Source of the DNA: the human T2T-CHM13v2.0 reference genome, Homo sapiens
Strand: one strand, 5' to 3'
Length of the DNA: 64,000 nt
Assembly: GCF_009914755.1 (NCBI RefSeq)
Contig: NC_060926.1
The position numbers were made by a program, and so were the translations under genes. How positions within the stretch are numbered: the stretch's first letter is position 1; the number at the start of each line of letters is the position of its first letter. Below, in pieces: positions 43,401 to 56,285 of this stretch. The notes under the pieces are model-generated. The model was not told where the DNA came from. It saw nothing but the letters and a program-made list of their open reading frames with translations, and ran no database searches.

Positions 43401-45655
43401 TGAATGCCTTTTTTGGTTTCAGTTTCATATAGTTGTACTCCAATTTTAGTTATTTTTTTGACTAGCTTTGGGTTTAGTTTGTTCTTATTTATTTTTTTAA
43501 CGTGTTTTTATTTATTTATTTTTATTTTTTATTTTGTTTCTTTTATTATACTTTAAGTTTTAGGGTACTTGTGCACAATGTGCAGGTTAGTTACATATGT
43601 ATACATGTGCCATGATGGTGTGCTGCACCCATTAACTCGTCGTTTAGCATTAGGTATATCTCCTAAAGCTATCCCTCCCCTCTCCTCCCGCCCCACAACA
43701 GTCCCCAGAGTGTGATGTTCCCCTTCCTGTGTCCATGTGTTCTCATTGTTCAATTCCCACCTATGAGTGAGAATATGCAGTGTTTGGTTTTTTGTCCTTG
43801 CGATAGTTTACTGAGAATGATGATTTCCAATTTCATCCATGTCCCTACAAAGGACATGAACTCATCATTTTTTATGGCTGCATAGTATTCCATGGTGTAT
43901 ATGTGCCACATTTTCTTAATCCAGTCTATCATTGTCAGACATTTGGGTTGGTTCCAAGTCTTTGCTATTGTGAATAGTGCTGCAATAAACATATGTGTGC
44001 ATGTGTCTTTATAGCAGCATGATTTATAGTCCTTTGGGTATATACCCATTAATGGGATGGCTGGGTCAAATGGTATTTCTAGTTCTAGATCCCTGAGGAA
44101 TCGCCACACTGACTTCCACAATGGTTGAACTAGTTTACAGTCCCACCAACAGTGTAAAAGTGTTCCTGTTTCTCCACATCCTCTCCAGCACCTGTTGTTT
44201 CCTGACTTTTTAATGATCGCCATTCTAACAGGTGTGAGATGGTATCTCATTGTGGTTTTGATTTGCATTTCTCTGATAGCCAGTGATGGTGAGCATTTTT
44301 TCATGTGTTTTTTGGCTGCATAAATGTCTTCTTTTGAGGAGTGTCTGTTCTTATTTTTCTAGTTCCCTTAGGTGCAATGTTAGGTTGTTGAGACCTCCCT
44401 GTCTTCTTGATACAGGCGTTTTGTACTTTACTCTTAACACTGCTTTTGCTACATCCCAGAGGTTTTGGTATATTGTGTCTCTATTTTCATTTGTTTCAAA
44501 GGATTTTTTTTGAATTCTGCCTTAATTTCATTGTTTACCCAAAAGTCATTCTGGAGCAAGTTTTCTAGTTTGCATGTATTTGTGTGGTTTTCAAGAGCTC
44601 TTCTTGGTATTGATTTCTATTTTTACTCCACGGTGGTCCAAGAGATTCTTGGTGTGATTTTGATTTTTTTGAATTTGTTGAGACTTGCTTTATGACCATG
44701 GTCAATCTTTGAGTATGTTCCATGTGCAAATGAGAATAGCATTTATATTCTGTGGTTGTTGGGTGGAGTATTCTTTAGATGCCTATTAAGTCTAACTGGT
44801 CAAGTGCTGTATTTAAGTCCAAAATTTCTCTGTTAGTTTTCTGCCTTGATCTGTCTAATGCTTTCAGTGGGGTGTTGAAGTCACCCACTATTATTGTGTG
44901 ACTATCTACATCTTTTTGTAAGTCTAGTAGTAATTGCTTTATAAATTTGGGTGCTCCAGTGTTGGGTGTGTGTATATTTAGGATAGTTAAGTCTTCTTGT
45001 TGAATTGAACACTTTATCATTATGTAATGCCCTACTTTGTCCCTCTTGACTGTTGTTGGCTTAAAGTATGTTTAATAGTGATCATCTGCTCCTTTTTGTT
45101 TTTCATTTGCATGATAGATCTCTCTCCAGCCTTTTACTTTGAGCCTATGGGTGTCATTACCTGTGCAATAGGTATCTTGAAGACAGCAGAAGGACAAGTC
45201 TTTTTTTTTTTTAATCCGATTTCCCACTCTATGTCTTTTGAGTGCTGTGTTTAGGCTGTTTATTTTCAGGGTTAATATTGATATGTGAAGTTGAGCTCCT
45301 GTTTCATGTTAGCTAGTTGCTTTGTAGCCTTGATTGTGTAGTTGCTTTTATGGAGTCTATAGACTATGTGCTTATGTATGCTTTTGTGACAGCAAGTATT
45401 ATTTTTTTGTTTTCATGTTTAGAACTCTCTTAATCATCTTTTATTAACCTTTTTCAGGGTTAATATAGAAATGTGAAGTTTTGTTCCTGTTGTCGTGTTG
45501 TTAGCTAGTTGCTTCCTAGTCTCAATTGTATAGTTGCTTTATGAAGAACATAGACTATGTGCTTAAGTATGCTTTTGTGGTAGCAAGTTTTATTCTTTTG
45601 TTTCCATGTGTAGAACTCCCTTAATCATCTTTTATAGGTCCAGTCTGGTGGTATG
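40482..45655 (-). mobile_element. Old primate L1 (L1PA13-16/L1PB-like), ORF2 remnants through the 3' end
   Basis: Minus-strand ORFs match the ORF2 endonuclease (IIVGDFNTPL), RT ([21 protein letters not shown]) and C-terminal regions. Confidence 0.92.
43490..44350 (-). mobile_element. Young 5'-truncated L1PA (L1PA3-like) nested in the older L1
   Basis: Intact 184-aa ORF2 C-terminus (43750..44304), near-consensus 3' UTR, and TSD-like TGTTCTTATTT on both sides. Confidence 0.93.
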
Positions 45656-46689
45656 CCACCACTTTAGAAGAAAGTGGAATTCCACAATTGATCATGAATA
45701 AGCCTTCTTGTGTTAGGAAGATATCGTCATTGTTATTTTATTATTCTTACTATTATTTAGGTTTTTTTTTTTTAACAGAAGTTTCGATTGTTGAATTGTA
45801 TGGGAATTAACAGAAGTGTGTGACAGGTTCCAAAAAGTGGGGATATAACAAAAGTCCAAAGTAAAATATTCACTGTAAGCATAGCTTACAACTTAGCCTG
45901 GGTGTATTTTAAAAATTTTTATGTTTCCCTATTTTTCTCTCTCTGTTTTTTAGAGAGTATACATTAGTGTAACACATATCTTTATTGTATTTTGTATGTT
46001 TTCTTGAAATCTGGGATTAGAAGAGTCCATTACCATCCTAGACATCTAATAACATATCTTCTTGCCATATTTCTACTAAGGACCAACCTGACTTGAATTT
46101 TAAAACAAAAAAATGCGAAGCAATTGCAAACTAAGTGTGTTCTAAAAGCCTCGTTCATTTTTCCATGTGGATCATTTGAAGAAGATTGTATCAGTGAAGA
46201 AAGGGAAAAAAGTTTCTCAGTTAACAAAAGTATCTTTATTCTTTATATTAAAAGAAGATTACAATCTAAATTATTTCTCATGAAGTCTAAGGTTTTTGGT
46301 TAGGGAATGTAAGATGACAGATAATTCATATGATAGGGCTTTTATGATACATATACCATGCAAATGACCGTGGGGTTGTCATTGGCCATTTTATCTTGTC
46401 ACAGGACAAATCCCAGGATACAGTCTTTCTGTCATAGTGAAAACAGAGCTTTTTTCTTGATTATAGCCCAGGTTTTAGTAGTATCAAAACCATAGTTTCT
46501 AGTTTTGAAATCTGAGTTACCCCATGAATGGGCAGGGGGCTGAGGTCACAGAGCCAAGAGGGCAGCTCTGGAACCATGGATCTGGGGCTGGGAAGCGTCA
46601 GTCCTGTGACTTTTGTTTCCAAGCTTGCTTTCTCATGCCTCTGCGGGCAGAATGCTCTCCGTTCAGGACCTGAGCACCGCTCCCCACAT

Positions 46690-47075
46690 GGACGCCTTGC
46701 TTTTCCCTGCCAGAGAACCTGCACAGCTCCTCCCTGGTCTGCTTTGGATCTCTGGAGATGCATCTCATCAGTGAGGCCTCCCTGACCACTTAATCTAAAG
46801 AGTTTCCCCTACAACCATCTCTGTCTCCACATTTCCTATTCCCCTTCCCTGTTTTTTTTTTTTTTTCCCCTCCAGGCCACTTATGACTGTTTATTATGCC
46901 ACATATAATTTACTTGTTTAATGTTGTATGGTCTATCTCTCCCACCAGAATGTAATGTTCCTTGAGGGCAGGGCTTGTGTTTTTTTCACTGTAGGATCTT
47001 TAGCACCTAGAATGGTGTCTGCATATTGTAGGCGTTCAGGAAATGTTTTTGAATAAACAAATGATGAATGAATTT
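46690..47075 (+). mobile_element. L2 3' fragment
   Basis: CAGTGAGGCCTCCCTGACCAC...GCACCTAGAATGGTGTCTG...TGAATGAAT. Confidence 0.75.
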
Positions 47076-47163
47076 AACGTAAAGTTCTTCCAACAGAAAT
47101 TTTATATGACTTTCTAGTGCTCTAAGTAAGAGTTGAACATTTTTCTCTTATCTTTATTTGTAG

Positions 47164-47400
47164 AATGACAAAGGACAGATCCCTGCTGATGTTGTTCCAG
47201 ACCCAGTAGATATGCCGTTAGAGATGGCTGACGCCGCAGCCACTGCTAAGGAAATCAAGCAGATGCTTCTAGATGCGGTGCCTCTGTCATGTAACATCTC
47301 AAAGGCCATGCTCCCAAATTATGATCATGTCACTGGCAAGGCAATGCTTACGTCACTTGGCCTGAAGTTGGGGGATCGTGTTGTTATTGCAGGACAGAAG
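47164..47400 (+). CDS. CLIP4: CLIP4 exon 7 (NDKGQIPADVV...LKLGDRVVIAGQK), start of CAP-Gly 1
   Basis: TGTAG acceptor, AAG|GTACAG donor; 237 nt, phase 0-0; overlaps ORF 47212..47409. Confidence 0.96.
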
Positions 47401-47979
47401 GTACAGTAAGTAACTGCAGTCTCTGAAGCCAGGGTTGTTATGTCCATGACCTATGTTCAAGGACACAGACAGTATGGTCAGAGTTTTGAGTTTTTGAAAA
47501 AGGTTCAACATGTAGGTAGAAAGATGCTTAATGGAAAATGTAAAACTTAGATATGAATTTACTGTTAAGTTATGCTTTAAGAATATAAACTACTTGAACT
47601 TAATAAAGAAGACATCTTTATTTGAATAAAGAGTGGAGTGGAGTAGAACTCTTGAGTGAATTTAGAAGCATGAGCTAAGGGATGATCTAAGGTGGAGGAT
47701 TATCTTTGCAGTCCCCTCTTTCCCCAGTGGTACTTCTCTGACTGCTGCTCCTCCATAGAAATGGAGCACAGGAGACCCTTGCTGTTCATGGGTGTTTGTC
47801 TTTGGGTTCCCACAAATAGGGCAGTCTGAGATATTATGTAACCTGGTGATAAGGATTTGTGTGGAAAAGAGGACTCCTACTCCCATCATCCAGACACCTT
47901 TTTTCCTCCCAAGCTTTTGTTTCCATATTGTATTCATTTATTGCCAGTTGCTTTTTAAAAATATCTCATATGGGAGGTT

Positions 47980-48150
47980 TTCTTGTTTTTTCTTTTTTTA
48001 ATTATTTTATTATACTTTAAGTTCTGGAATACATGCACAGAACATGCAGGTTTGTTACGTAGGCATACGTGTGCCATGGTGATTTGCTGCACCCATCAAC
48101 CCGTCATCTACATTAGGTATTTCTCCTAATGCTATCCCTCCCCTAGCCCT
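47980..48150 (-). mobile_element. Short L1PA 3' end
   Basis: TTATACTTTAAGTTCTGG...CCTAATGCTATCCCTCCCC. Confidence 0.88.
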
Positions 48151-48257
48151 GTCCCTTCAGTTTTTTCTTAATATTGAGGTTAATAGGGAGCTTGGTATGG
48201 AGAATGGAACAGGGAATTCCTGCTTGGATATTGAGTTTCCCAACATAGTTATATCCC

Positions 48258-48428
48258 TTTTTTTTTTTTTTTTTTTTTTTGAGAAGAGTCTCACTTTGAT
48301 GCCTAGGCTGGAGTGCAGTGGCACAGTCATAGGTCACTGTAGCCCCGAACTCCTGGGCTCAAGCAACCCTCCTGCCTCAGCCCCTGTAGTAGCTGGAACT
48401 ACAGGTGTGTGCTACTATCCAGCTAATT
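48258..48428 (-). mobile_element. AluJ right arm / FRAM
   Basis: Poly(T) plus a single Alu arm. Confidence 0.88.
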
Positions 48429-48690
48429 AGGATTCTTATGTCTTCTTGGAAATTGACTCCCTTATTATTATTTAATGTTCTTTTTCATCCTTGGTAATGT
48501 TCCTGGCTCTGAAGTGAGAGCAAGGAACATTACCAAGCATAAAAAGGTAATGTTGAGAGAGCGAATTTTTAAAATTCACTTTGAGAGAGTGAATTTTTAA
48601 AAACTCCCATGGTGAAGTAAAGTTGCAAGAGTAGGACCCTTGGAATTACTAATAATTCCCCAAAATTATTCTGGTTTATATTTTCTTTAG

Positions 48691-48826
48691 GTTGGTACAT
48701 TAAGATTTTGTGGAACAACTGAATTTGCAAGTGGGCAGTGGGCTGGCATTGAACTGGATGAACCAGAAGGAAAAAATAATGGAAGTGTTGGAAAAGTCCA
48801 GTACTTTAAATGTGCCCCCAAGTATG
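48691..48826 (+). CDS. CLIP4: CLIP4 exon 8, CAP-Gly 1 core ([45 protein letters not shown])
   Basis: TTTAG acceptor, G|GTAAGG donor; 136 nt; classic CAP-Gly signature. Confidence 0.97.
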
Positions 48827-49142
48827 GTAAGGTTGATATTATTTAACTCGGTAAGAATTAATTAAAAATAATCAAGTTTTACTCTTTTACAGTTGTTAAA
48901 TAAAACTTTTCTCCTGATTTCTTATGTGATAAATGAGGGGCATGTGGATGTAGGGAGGACTTTTTAAAGATAGGAGATAGTTATATTTATTTACACTGAC
49001 GAGAGGCGACGTGAGAGGGAGAAATGGTGGTTGCAGGAGAGAAAGGGGACATTTCCAGGAGGAAAGTCCTGAAAAACTTGAAAGGGAAATGGATTTCAGT
49101 ATAAGAGTTAGCCTTGCATTAGATCAGGCGCAGCTTTCCACT

Positions 49143-49474
<332 letters not shown>

Positions 49475-50119
49475 TAGGAGGGTGTCTGGTAGTGACTGGT
49501 GAAGAGGGCATCTGATGGAATTGTCTCAATGATGTTTTTGGGAAAGTGTCTTTCTTGGGACTGGTCTCTTGGGTGGCTTTTAGTGGGGAGACAGTGATGA
49601 GAGGGGTTTTTTCGTTAGTAGGCTGTGAGCTGTTGGGCTGCCCTTGATTCTTGCTGCCAGCAGTATAGTGATTGGGAGAAGGCCTCTGACCAGGGGCACG
49701 CCCAGCTCTGCAGACCTCCCTCAAATCCTGCACCTAGTAGTGTTGTGGCCAAGGGAGGGACTTGGTTATCAAGGAAGTACAGAGCTCTGGAGGTCATGAA
49801 GAACTTGGAAAACTGGAAAAATCAAGCAAGGCCAACTTTATGACCGCATTCCTGAGGTTTCTTTGAAACTCTGCGAGGTTTCTTTCTCTTTCTGACAAAT
49901 GTTTAAGTAAATTCTGACAAATGTTTAAGTAAATTCTTTCTGACATGTTTAGGTAAATTTATTCTTCCTCTCTCTCACACACACCTATCCTGTCTATTGA
50001 TTTCAATTTGATTTTGTAGTCACTTACTATGTTGTGAATACTTTTCCTTGAAATGAAATATTCTTTTAGAACATTGTTTTCCACGATTGTGTAGTATTCA
50101 TCTTGTGGCCTGATGGTGA

Positions 50120-50370
50120 GGTGGTGTGGTATGATGATGATGATGAAGCGGATGGACTTTGGAGTCTGACTGCTTTTGTGTGATTCGATTTCTTTACTTA
50201 CCAGCTATGTGACTGTCTTTCTCTTCTTGTGCCTCAGTTGTCTTCTGTGAAATAGGGATGACACTATCATAAGGACTAGTGCAAGAATTAAATGTGTTGG
50301 TAAAAGTATAAAGCACCTAGAACAGTGCATGATTCCCTGTAAGCACTCAACAGATGAGAGCTGTTGGCTA
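50120..50370 (+). mobile_element. MIR
   Basis: GGACTTTGGAGTCTGAC...CTTACCAGCTATGTGAC...GTGCCTCAGTT. Confidence 0.7.
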
Positions 50371-51004
50371 TCACGCTTTTATCAAAATTAACTAGTTTCC
50401 TTTCATCACACACTTAGGATGGAATCTCATTTTTTTGGTCTATTAAAACTTTTTTTGTTTGTTTATAAAAATGCTCATTGTATAAGATTTGAAAACAAGA
50501 GGAAAGTAAAAATTCTGCATTTTTATTTAATATCCTAGTGTAATTTCCCCAAATCTTTACATATTGTTTGAAAATTTGATTTTGAATAGCTCCATTTCCT
50601 TTAATTTTTCCAATTTGACAGATGAAAATTTCTATATTTTAATTGGTATTTCTCTTATTGTGGTGAAATAGAACACTTTTTAAAGTGTTTTGTTGTAGTA
50701 TAGGTATTTTTTATGTTTCTTGGCAATTGCCTGTTTGTATTATTTTCCCAGTAAAAATTGGGATATTAGTGTGTCTTTTTTAAAAAAGGATGAGTTTTAA
50801 AATACATACTTATGATATTAAGCTTTATTTATTATGGATATTTTGTCTAGCTTGTCATTTGCCTTTGAACCTCATTTGCAATGTTTTTTGGACATGTAGT
50901 TTTATGGCTTAAAGACTTTTATCAATTCTTATATTACTTTTATGCTTTGATAATTCTTCCTAATCTAAGGATTATACATTTTATATTTCTTTAAATGTTT
51001 ATAT

Positions 51005-51275
51005 TTTTCCTTTTATTTATAGTTGGCACTAAATATTTGTATTTATACAAATAATTGTACCTATTTATGGGGTACAGAATGATATTTCTGTGTAATGTAA
51101 GGTGTAATTAAATGAGGGTAATTAGGATATTCATCACTTCAAACATTTATCATTTGAGAACATTCAAAATCCTCTCTTTTAGCTTTTTCAACATACACAA
51201 TAAATTGTTGTTAACCATCTTCACCTCACAGTGCTGCAGAGCACTAGAACTTATTCCTCCTGTCTAGCTGTAATG
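51005..51275 (-). mobile_element. L1MA 3' end fragment
   Basis: TATTTATGGGGTACAGAATGAT...GCACTAGAACTTATTCCTCC. Confidence 0.75.
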
Positions 51276-52475
51276 TAAATGTTTTAATTTTTATACTTAA
51301 TTATGTAATCCATTTGGAATTTATTTGGTTAGTAGTTTGAGGTTAAGAATTTAATTTTAATTTTCCTCCGATAGATTACTTTGCCACCTGTCAAGCAGAT
51401 TAAGGGCAGGATCAAAAGCCTTTAGCAACACATAGGGCAGAGGTAAATCAGAATTATGGAATCATTTAGATTGCCAGCAGAACTCATGGGGACTCCCAAA
51501 CTCCCATTATCCCAAGGGGAGGCGTGCTTGATTGGCACAAAGCTGGATACCCCCATCCCCTTGTATGTACTCAAAGGCAAGTTGTGGGGCAGGGGTCATG
51601 TGTTGGATTGTGTGAAAATGGGTATAGCCCTTGACAGCCCTGGGAGCCCCAGGTCACGGCTAAGCTACTTAAGGTGGAGGGGAGGGGAGTTGGGGAATCC
51701 CCTGGCTAATCAGAAGCCAAGGAATTTCTCAACAATGGTTTTCTCTCTTTCCAAATCTATCATCTTTTCCCTTTGGCTTGTTGTGCTGCTTTTATTATAG
51801 ATTAAGTTCTTATCAATGCTATGGTATATTTCAGGCTTATTTTGTTCTATTGATCTGTTAATTCTCATACCTATTAGATTTTTTTAACTGTAGAAAATGA
51901 TAAGTTTTAATACTTGGTGGTATTACTGTTTTTATGTCTTTTAATAATTGCCAAAGTGAATACATATACTTAGTTTACTAAAGTCAGATTGTACGGCAAG
52001 GCTTATTACAAAACTGTCTCTTAGCTTGTTTTTCTCTGCCCTCAAATCCTGCTCCTTAGAACTAGGCAAGAACTTTTTCAACTCTTTTAGCTGTATTGTC
52101 TGATATTAATATCTGTATTTGTAACTAATATATTTACGTGAATCTCTCTTGATTTTTCCAGTTCAAGACATCTAGTGAGTTTGTACTATGAAGAGAGAGA
52201 TTTAGTTCTCTACATGAGACAACAAAGTATTACCTTAAATATACTGAGAGAATATGAAACCCAATGTAGCAGTTTGTTGGTTGACTTGTTTTTGGTATAG
52301 CCTGTCCTTCAGTAGCTTTCTGACAAAGGACTCATGAGAAGTAAATGTGTTGAGACCTTCTATTCTAAACACATGTTGATTTCTCCCCTCAAACTTTATG
52401 TGATAATTTGGGATGAGGAAAGTTAGGTTGGATTTCATATTCTCTCAGTATATTTAAGGAGATACTCTATTGTCT

Positions 52476-52710
52476 CAGGTAGAGTTTGACAGACTTTTTC
52501 TGTAAGGGGCCGCATGGTAAATGTTGTAGGCCTTGTGGGCTATGCATTCTCTGTTGTACCTGCTACTCAGCTTTGCTGTTGTAGTAAACGGGCAGCCATA
52601 GGCAGTGTGTAAGCAGATGGACGTGGCTACGGTTCAATAAAAATTGACCAATAAACAGGCAGTAGCCAGGATATGGCTGTTGGGCCATAGTTTACCAACT
52701 ACTATCCTGA
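52476..52710 (+). mobile_element. MER58A
   Basis: TTTTTCTGTAAGGGGCC...CAATAAAA...GGGCCATAGTTT. Confidence 0.75.
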
Positions 52711-54097
52711 GCTTCCAGTGTTGCTGTTCAGATGTTTTGAAGTATTGTTGTACAGGTTATTTAGTATAAAATGAAAAAGGAAAAACAAAAAGTAGGTAGA
52801 GGTTTTTCCATCTTCTGTTTTTGACCCTTTCCTCCTTCTTGGAAGCGTTTAGTATTTTTTCTCCTTTTCTTTTTTTTTTTTTTCTTTAGAGTTCATACCA
52901 TTTTTATTCCTTACCGATATTTTAGTGGGGGTTGGAGAAGAAGAATTGGAGTTAAACCTATGTTCAGTGGGCCATGTTTATCTGGAAATTTGTTATTTTT
53001 GTCTTTCCAAATAATTCATCATGTGTTTGTTTTTAGTTAAGCCTTACAGTTACATGTCGAGATTTGAGAAAAGTCCTATCAATACTTCAGTTAGCCTGAG
53101 TAACTGAGTAATAGAGGCCGCCCATATGCTATGCATCCAGTCATTGCTTTACATTTAGTTTTGGTTCTCTGAAATGCTTTGGCTAATAAAAAAAAAAAAA
53201 AGAAGAATGCAAACTATATAGATGAAGTTTTATATACTACGGAAATCTTTTTAAGCCATAGAATTAAATATTTAATTTAATACACAAATATACTTTAGCT
53301 TACAGAGATTTCCTGGTGAGATTTTTTTGTTAGAAAATATATTTATTATTGATAGTGAAGTAAAGGTGTCAGTAGTCATGATAGAGGTTATATCAGCCAA
53401 AGTTGCCTTCATATTGATAAAAATACCTTATTCACTTATAATCATAAACATTATTCCAGTAAAAGAGGTACATTTTCTCTCCTTTTCGTCTTTTTGCCTG
53501 TGTGATCACCATAATAAGTTAAAATGAAATAGCTCTTACATAATAAAGGGAGAAGAGAAAGAGAGAGAAAGCCAACATGCTACATCCTAGGCAATTCCAC
53601 CCAGCACTGCTGCCTCCAGTGGTGTCTCCTCTTCCCACTCCAATTAATTTAGCCTTCTACCCCATCCCACTTTGTTAGGGGGAAGGTTCACCAAATGATG
53701 GGGTTACTCAGAAGAGAAACATTTTATGGTCAGTGGAAGTTGAAGAGAAAGTACAAAAAGGTGGAGAGGGCTACCCTTCTCTTTTAATCATCGTAAGAGG
53801 GTTTACTAATACTGAAAAGTGTCCTTCAGTGACTGTTTCCTGATCTAGGTTTTGGCCCTTCAACTTGCTGCTGTTCAGAAAACCACACGTTTTCCCTGAC
53901 ATGAAGAAAAACATAATTTATTGAACATTATTATGACATTAATGACACAAATCAAACAAATCAGAAAAAGACTCCATAGCTTGACTTCTCTTATAAATGT
54001 TTATTTTAGGTTTCTTCCAATCCTGCCTGCTGCCTGTATTCACACATACAATTTTTCACATAATGTAATCAAATACATAACTTAATTTTTTTGATTT

Positions 54098-54377
54098 GCT
54101 CTTTTTTTTTTTTTTTTTTTTTTTTGAGACAGTCTCTCACTCTGTTGCCCAGGCTGGAGTGCAGTGGCCTCCCAGGTTCAAGCGATTCTCCTGCCTCAGC
54201 CTCCTGATAGGGATTACAGGCACGCACCACTGTGCCTGGCTAAATTTTGTATTTTTAGTAGAGATGGGGTTTCACCATGTTGGCCAGGCTGGTCTTGAAC
54301 TCCTGATCTCAGGTGATCCGCTTGCCTCGGCCTCCTAAATGGCTGGGATTACAGATGTGAGCCACAGCGCCTGGCCT
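54098..54377 (-). mobile_element. AluS with internal deletions
   Basis: GTGCAGTGG is joined directly to CCTCCCAGGTTCAAG. Confidence 0.9.
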
Positions 54378-54837
54378 GATTTACTTTTCATATTTTTCTA
54401 TATTTCTACATAATCTTTATTGTCTTATAATGTTATAATGATATAGTGGTTTATGGATATAGTGAATTCATTCATCATATTGGCAGGCAATTATGTTTTC
54501 TCCTACTTATGAATAATATTACAGTGATGACATATTCAGATATACAACCTTTTCCTCCTATTTAGAGTATTTTCTCATGATTCATTTCCAGAAGTGTGAT
54601 TGGGTCATTGTAGTAAAGTAGAAATTGTGTCACCTCTTGAAATGTATTTTTTTCTTTTAGTATACAGATGAAACCTTGTAACGTTTGTCATACCATTAAA
54701 TATAATTATTTCTTTAAAATTAATTCTATAAAGTGGATTAGGTCAAGATTTTTGTTTTCTAAAAAGATCATACAAATATACATTCCCAGAGTATAAAATA
54801 ATTTCTTTCGTCAAACCCTTGCCGACACTGGTTGTAA

Positions 54838-54898
54838 TCATCATCATCGTCGTCATTATCACCAGGCTTGAGAGAGAGAGAGAGTGTGTGTGTGTGTT
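54838..54898. repeat. Compound microsatellite (TCA/TCG)n, (GA)n(GT)n
   Basis: Seen directly in the sequence. Confidence 0.85.
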
Positions 54899-56141
54899 AG
54901 GGAAGGAAAATAATTTAGAGAAAGAATAGAAAGTCATGGAAAATCTCATAGGTAGGAGACAGAAGAGAGAACATTGTAAATAAGTTTAAAAAAGATAAGA
55001 AAATCAGGATAAAGTAGTATGGACTCTGAGGTGGGAGAGAATTTTAAGATTAGCAGGAAAGTAGTGTAGTTGGTACTTTTTAGTTATTAACAAAGCACTC
55101 ACTTCTTACAGAGTCTCGAGCATTTCTACCCTGCTTTAAAACAAGTTGTTTTTGATATATTCCATTTTAGTCATAATGTATATTTGCTAGATTGTAAACA
55201 CTCAATGAAAGAGTGTAATATACATATTATGGCTTTATTTTCACTTTTTAAATATCTTAGCCAGATTATTTCGGTATTTATAGTCTGTATTCACTATCTC
55301 TAATGTCGGTGCATACTTTTTATGCTGGTTATTTTATTGTATGGATAAACTCCTTTTTGGTGGAATTTTGTACTCCCAGCTGCTGCAGATAGGCAACCCC
55401 CCTGCCCCTGCCGCTCCCCTCCCCAAAGTACACTGTATTGTTTCTGATTGTCAGGACCTGAGGGCCAGGCCTTTTAGGAAGATTATATTTTATAGTCAGA
55501 AAGATTTATTTTATCCCTGCTATGTGTAACACACTGTAATTAGGTACAGTGGGGGAATGCAGAGTTAAGTAACATTTAAATTTTGTCTTTAAAAGGTGTT
55601 AGTCTGGAAGAGAGATAAGAAAGACATGGACATAAAAAGCTATAATGTGGGATAAATATAACTTCCAAAGGAGTTGTAAGTTGGCATGGAAGAATAGATT
55701 TTTATGCTCTATGGCTCACTGTTATTTGCCAATTGCTTAGAAATGATAGAAAACCAAATTGAAATACATAGGTTCAAATTTCAGATTTATGGCAAACAGT
55801 CTTCAAATACAATACAGACATTTCTTAAAAGTTACCGTAAAGGTTAAAAAAAATGATAGAAAACTATCAATATTACCTTTACTCATTTCTCTTTCTCCTG
55901 AATTTCACTTAACACCTGAAATGTGGTTCTTACATTATTGACGTGTTGTTAGTCTTGAAAACTAGATTGTAAGCTCTTTGAGGGTAAGTACTGTGTCTTA
56001 CATTTTTTTTCCTCTCATCATAGGACATGCAGTGGGCACTAAAGGTTTATATTAAAGATTTATGTTACTAATTAGTTGTACTTGTTCCTTTATTTGAAAT
56101 GTTTTAATTGTTTAACACTAAAATTCTGCATTCTCCCTTAG

Positions 56142-56285
56142 GTATTTTTGCACCTCTTTCAAAGATAAGTAAAGCAAAAGGTCGAAGGAAGAATATAACA
56201 CACACTCCTTCTACAAAAGCTGCTGTACCTCTCATCAGGTCCCAGAAAATTGACGTAGCTCATGTGACGTCAAAAGTAAATACTG
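56142..56285 (+). CDS. CLIP4: CLIP4 exon 9 (GIFAPLSKISKAKGRRK...SKVNT)
   Basis: CCCTTAG acceptor, G|GTAGGT donor; 144 nt, phase 1-1; overlaps ORF 56108..56356. Confidence 0.95.

Noticed and set aside
43750-44304. 184-aa ORF
   Set aside because: It is the C-terminus of L1 ORF2p in a 5'-truncated element with no promoter, not a gene.
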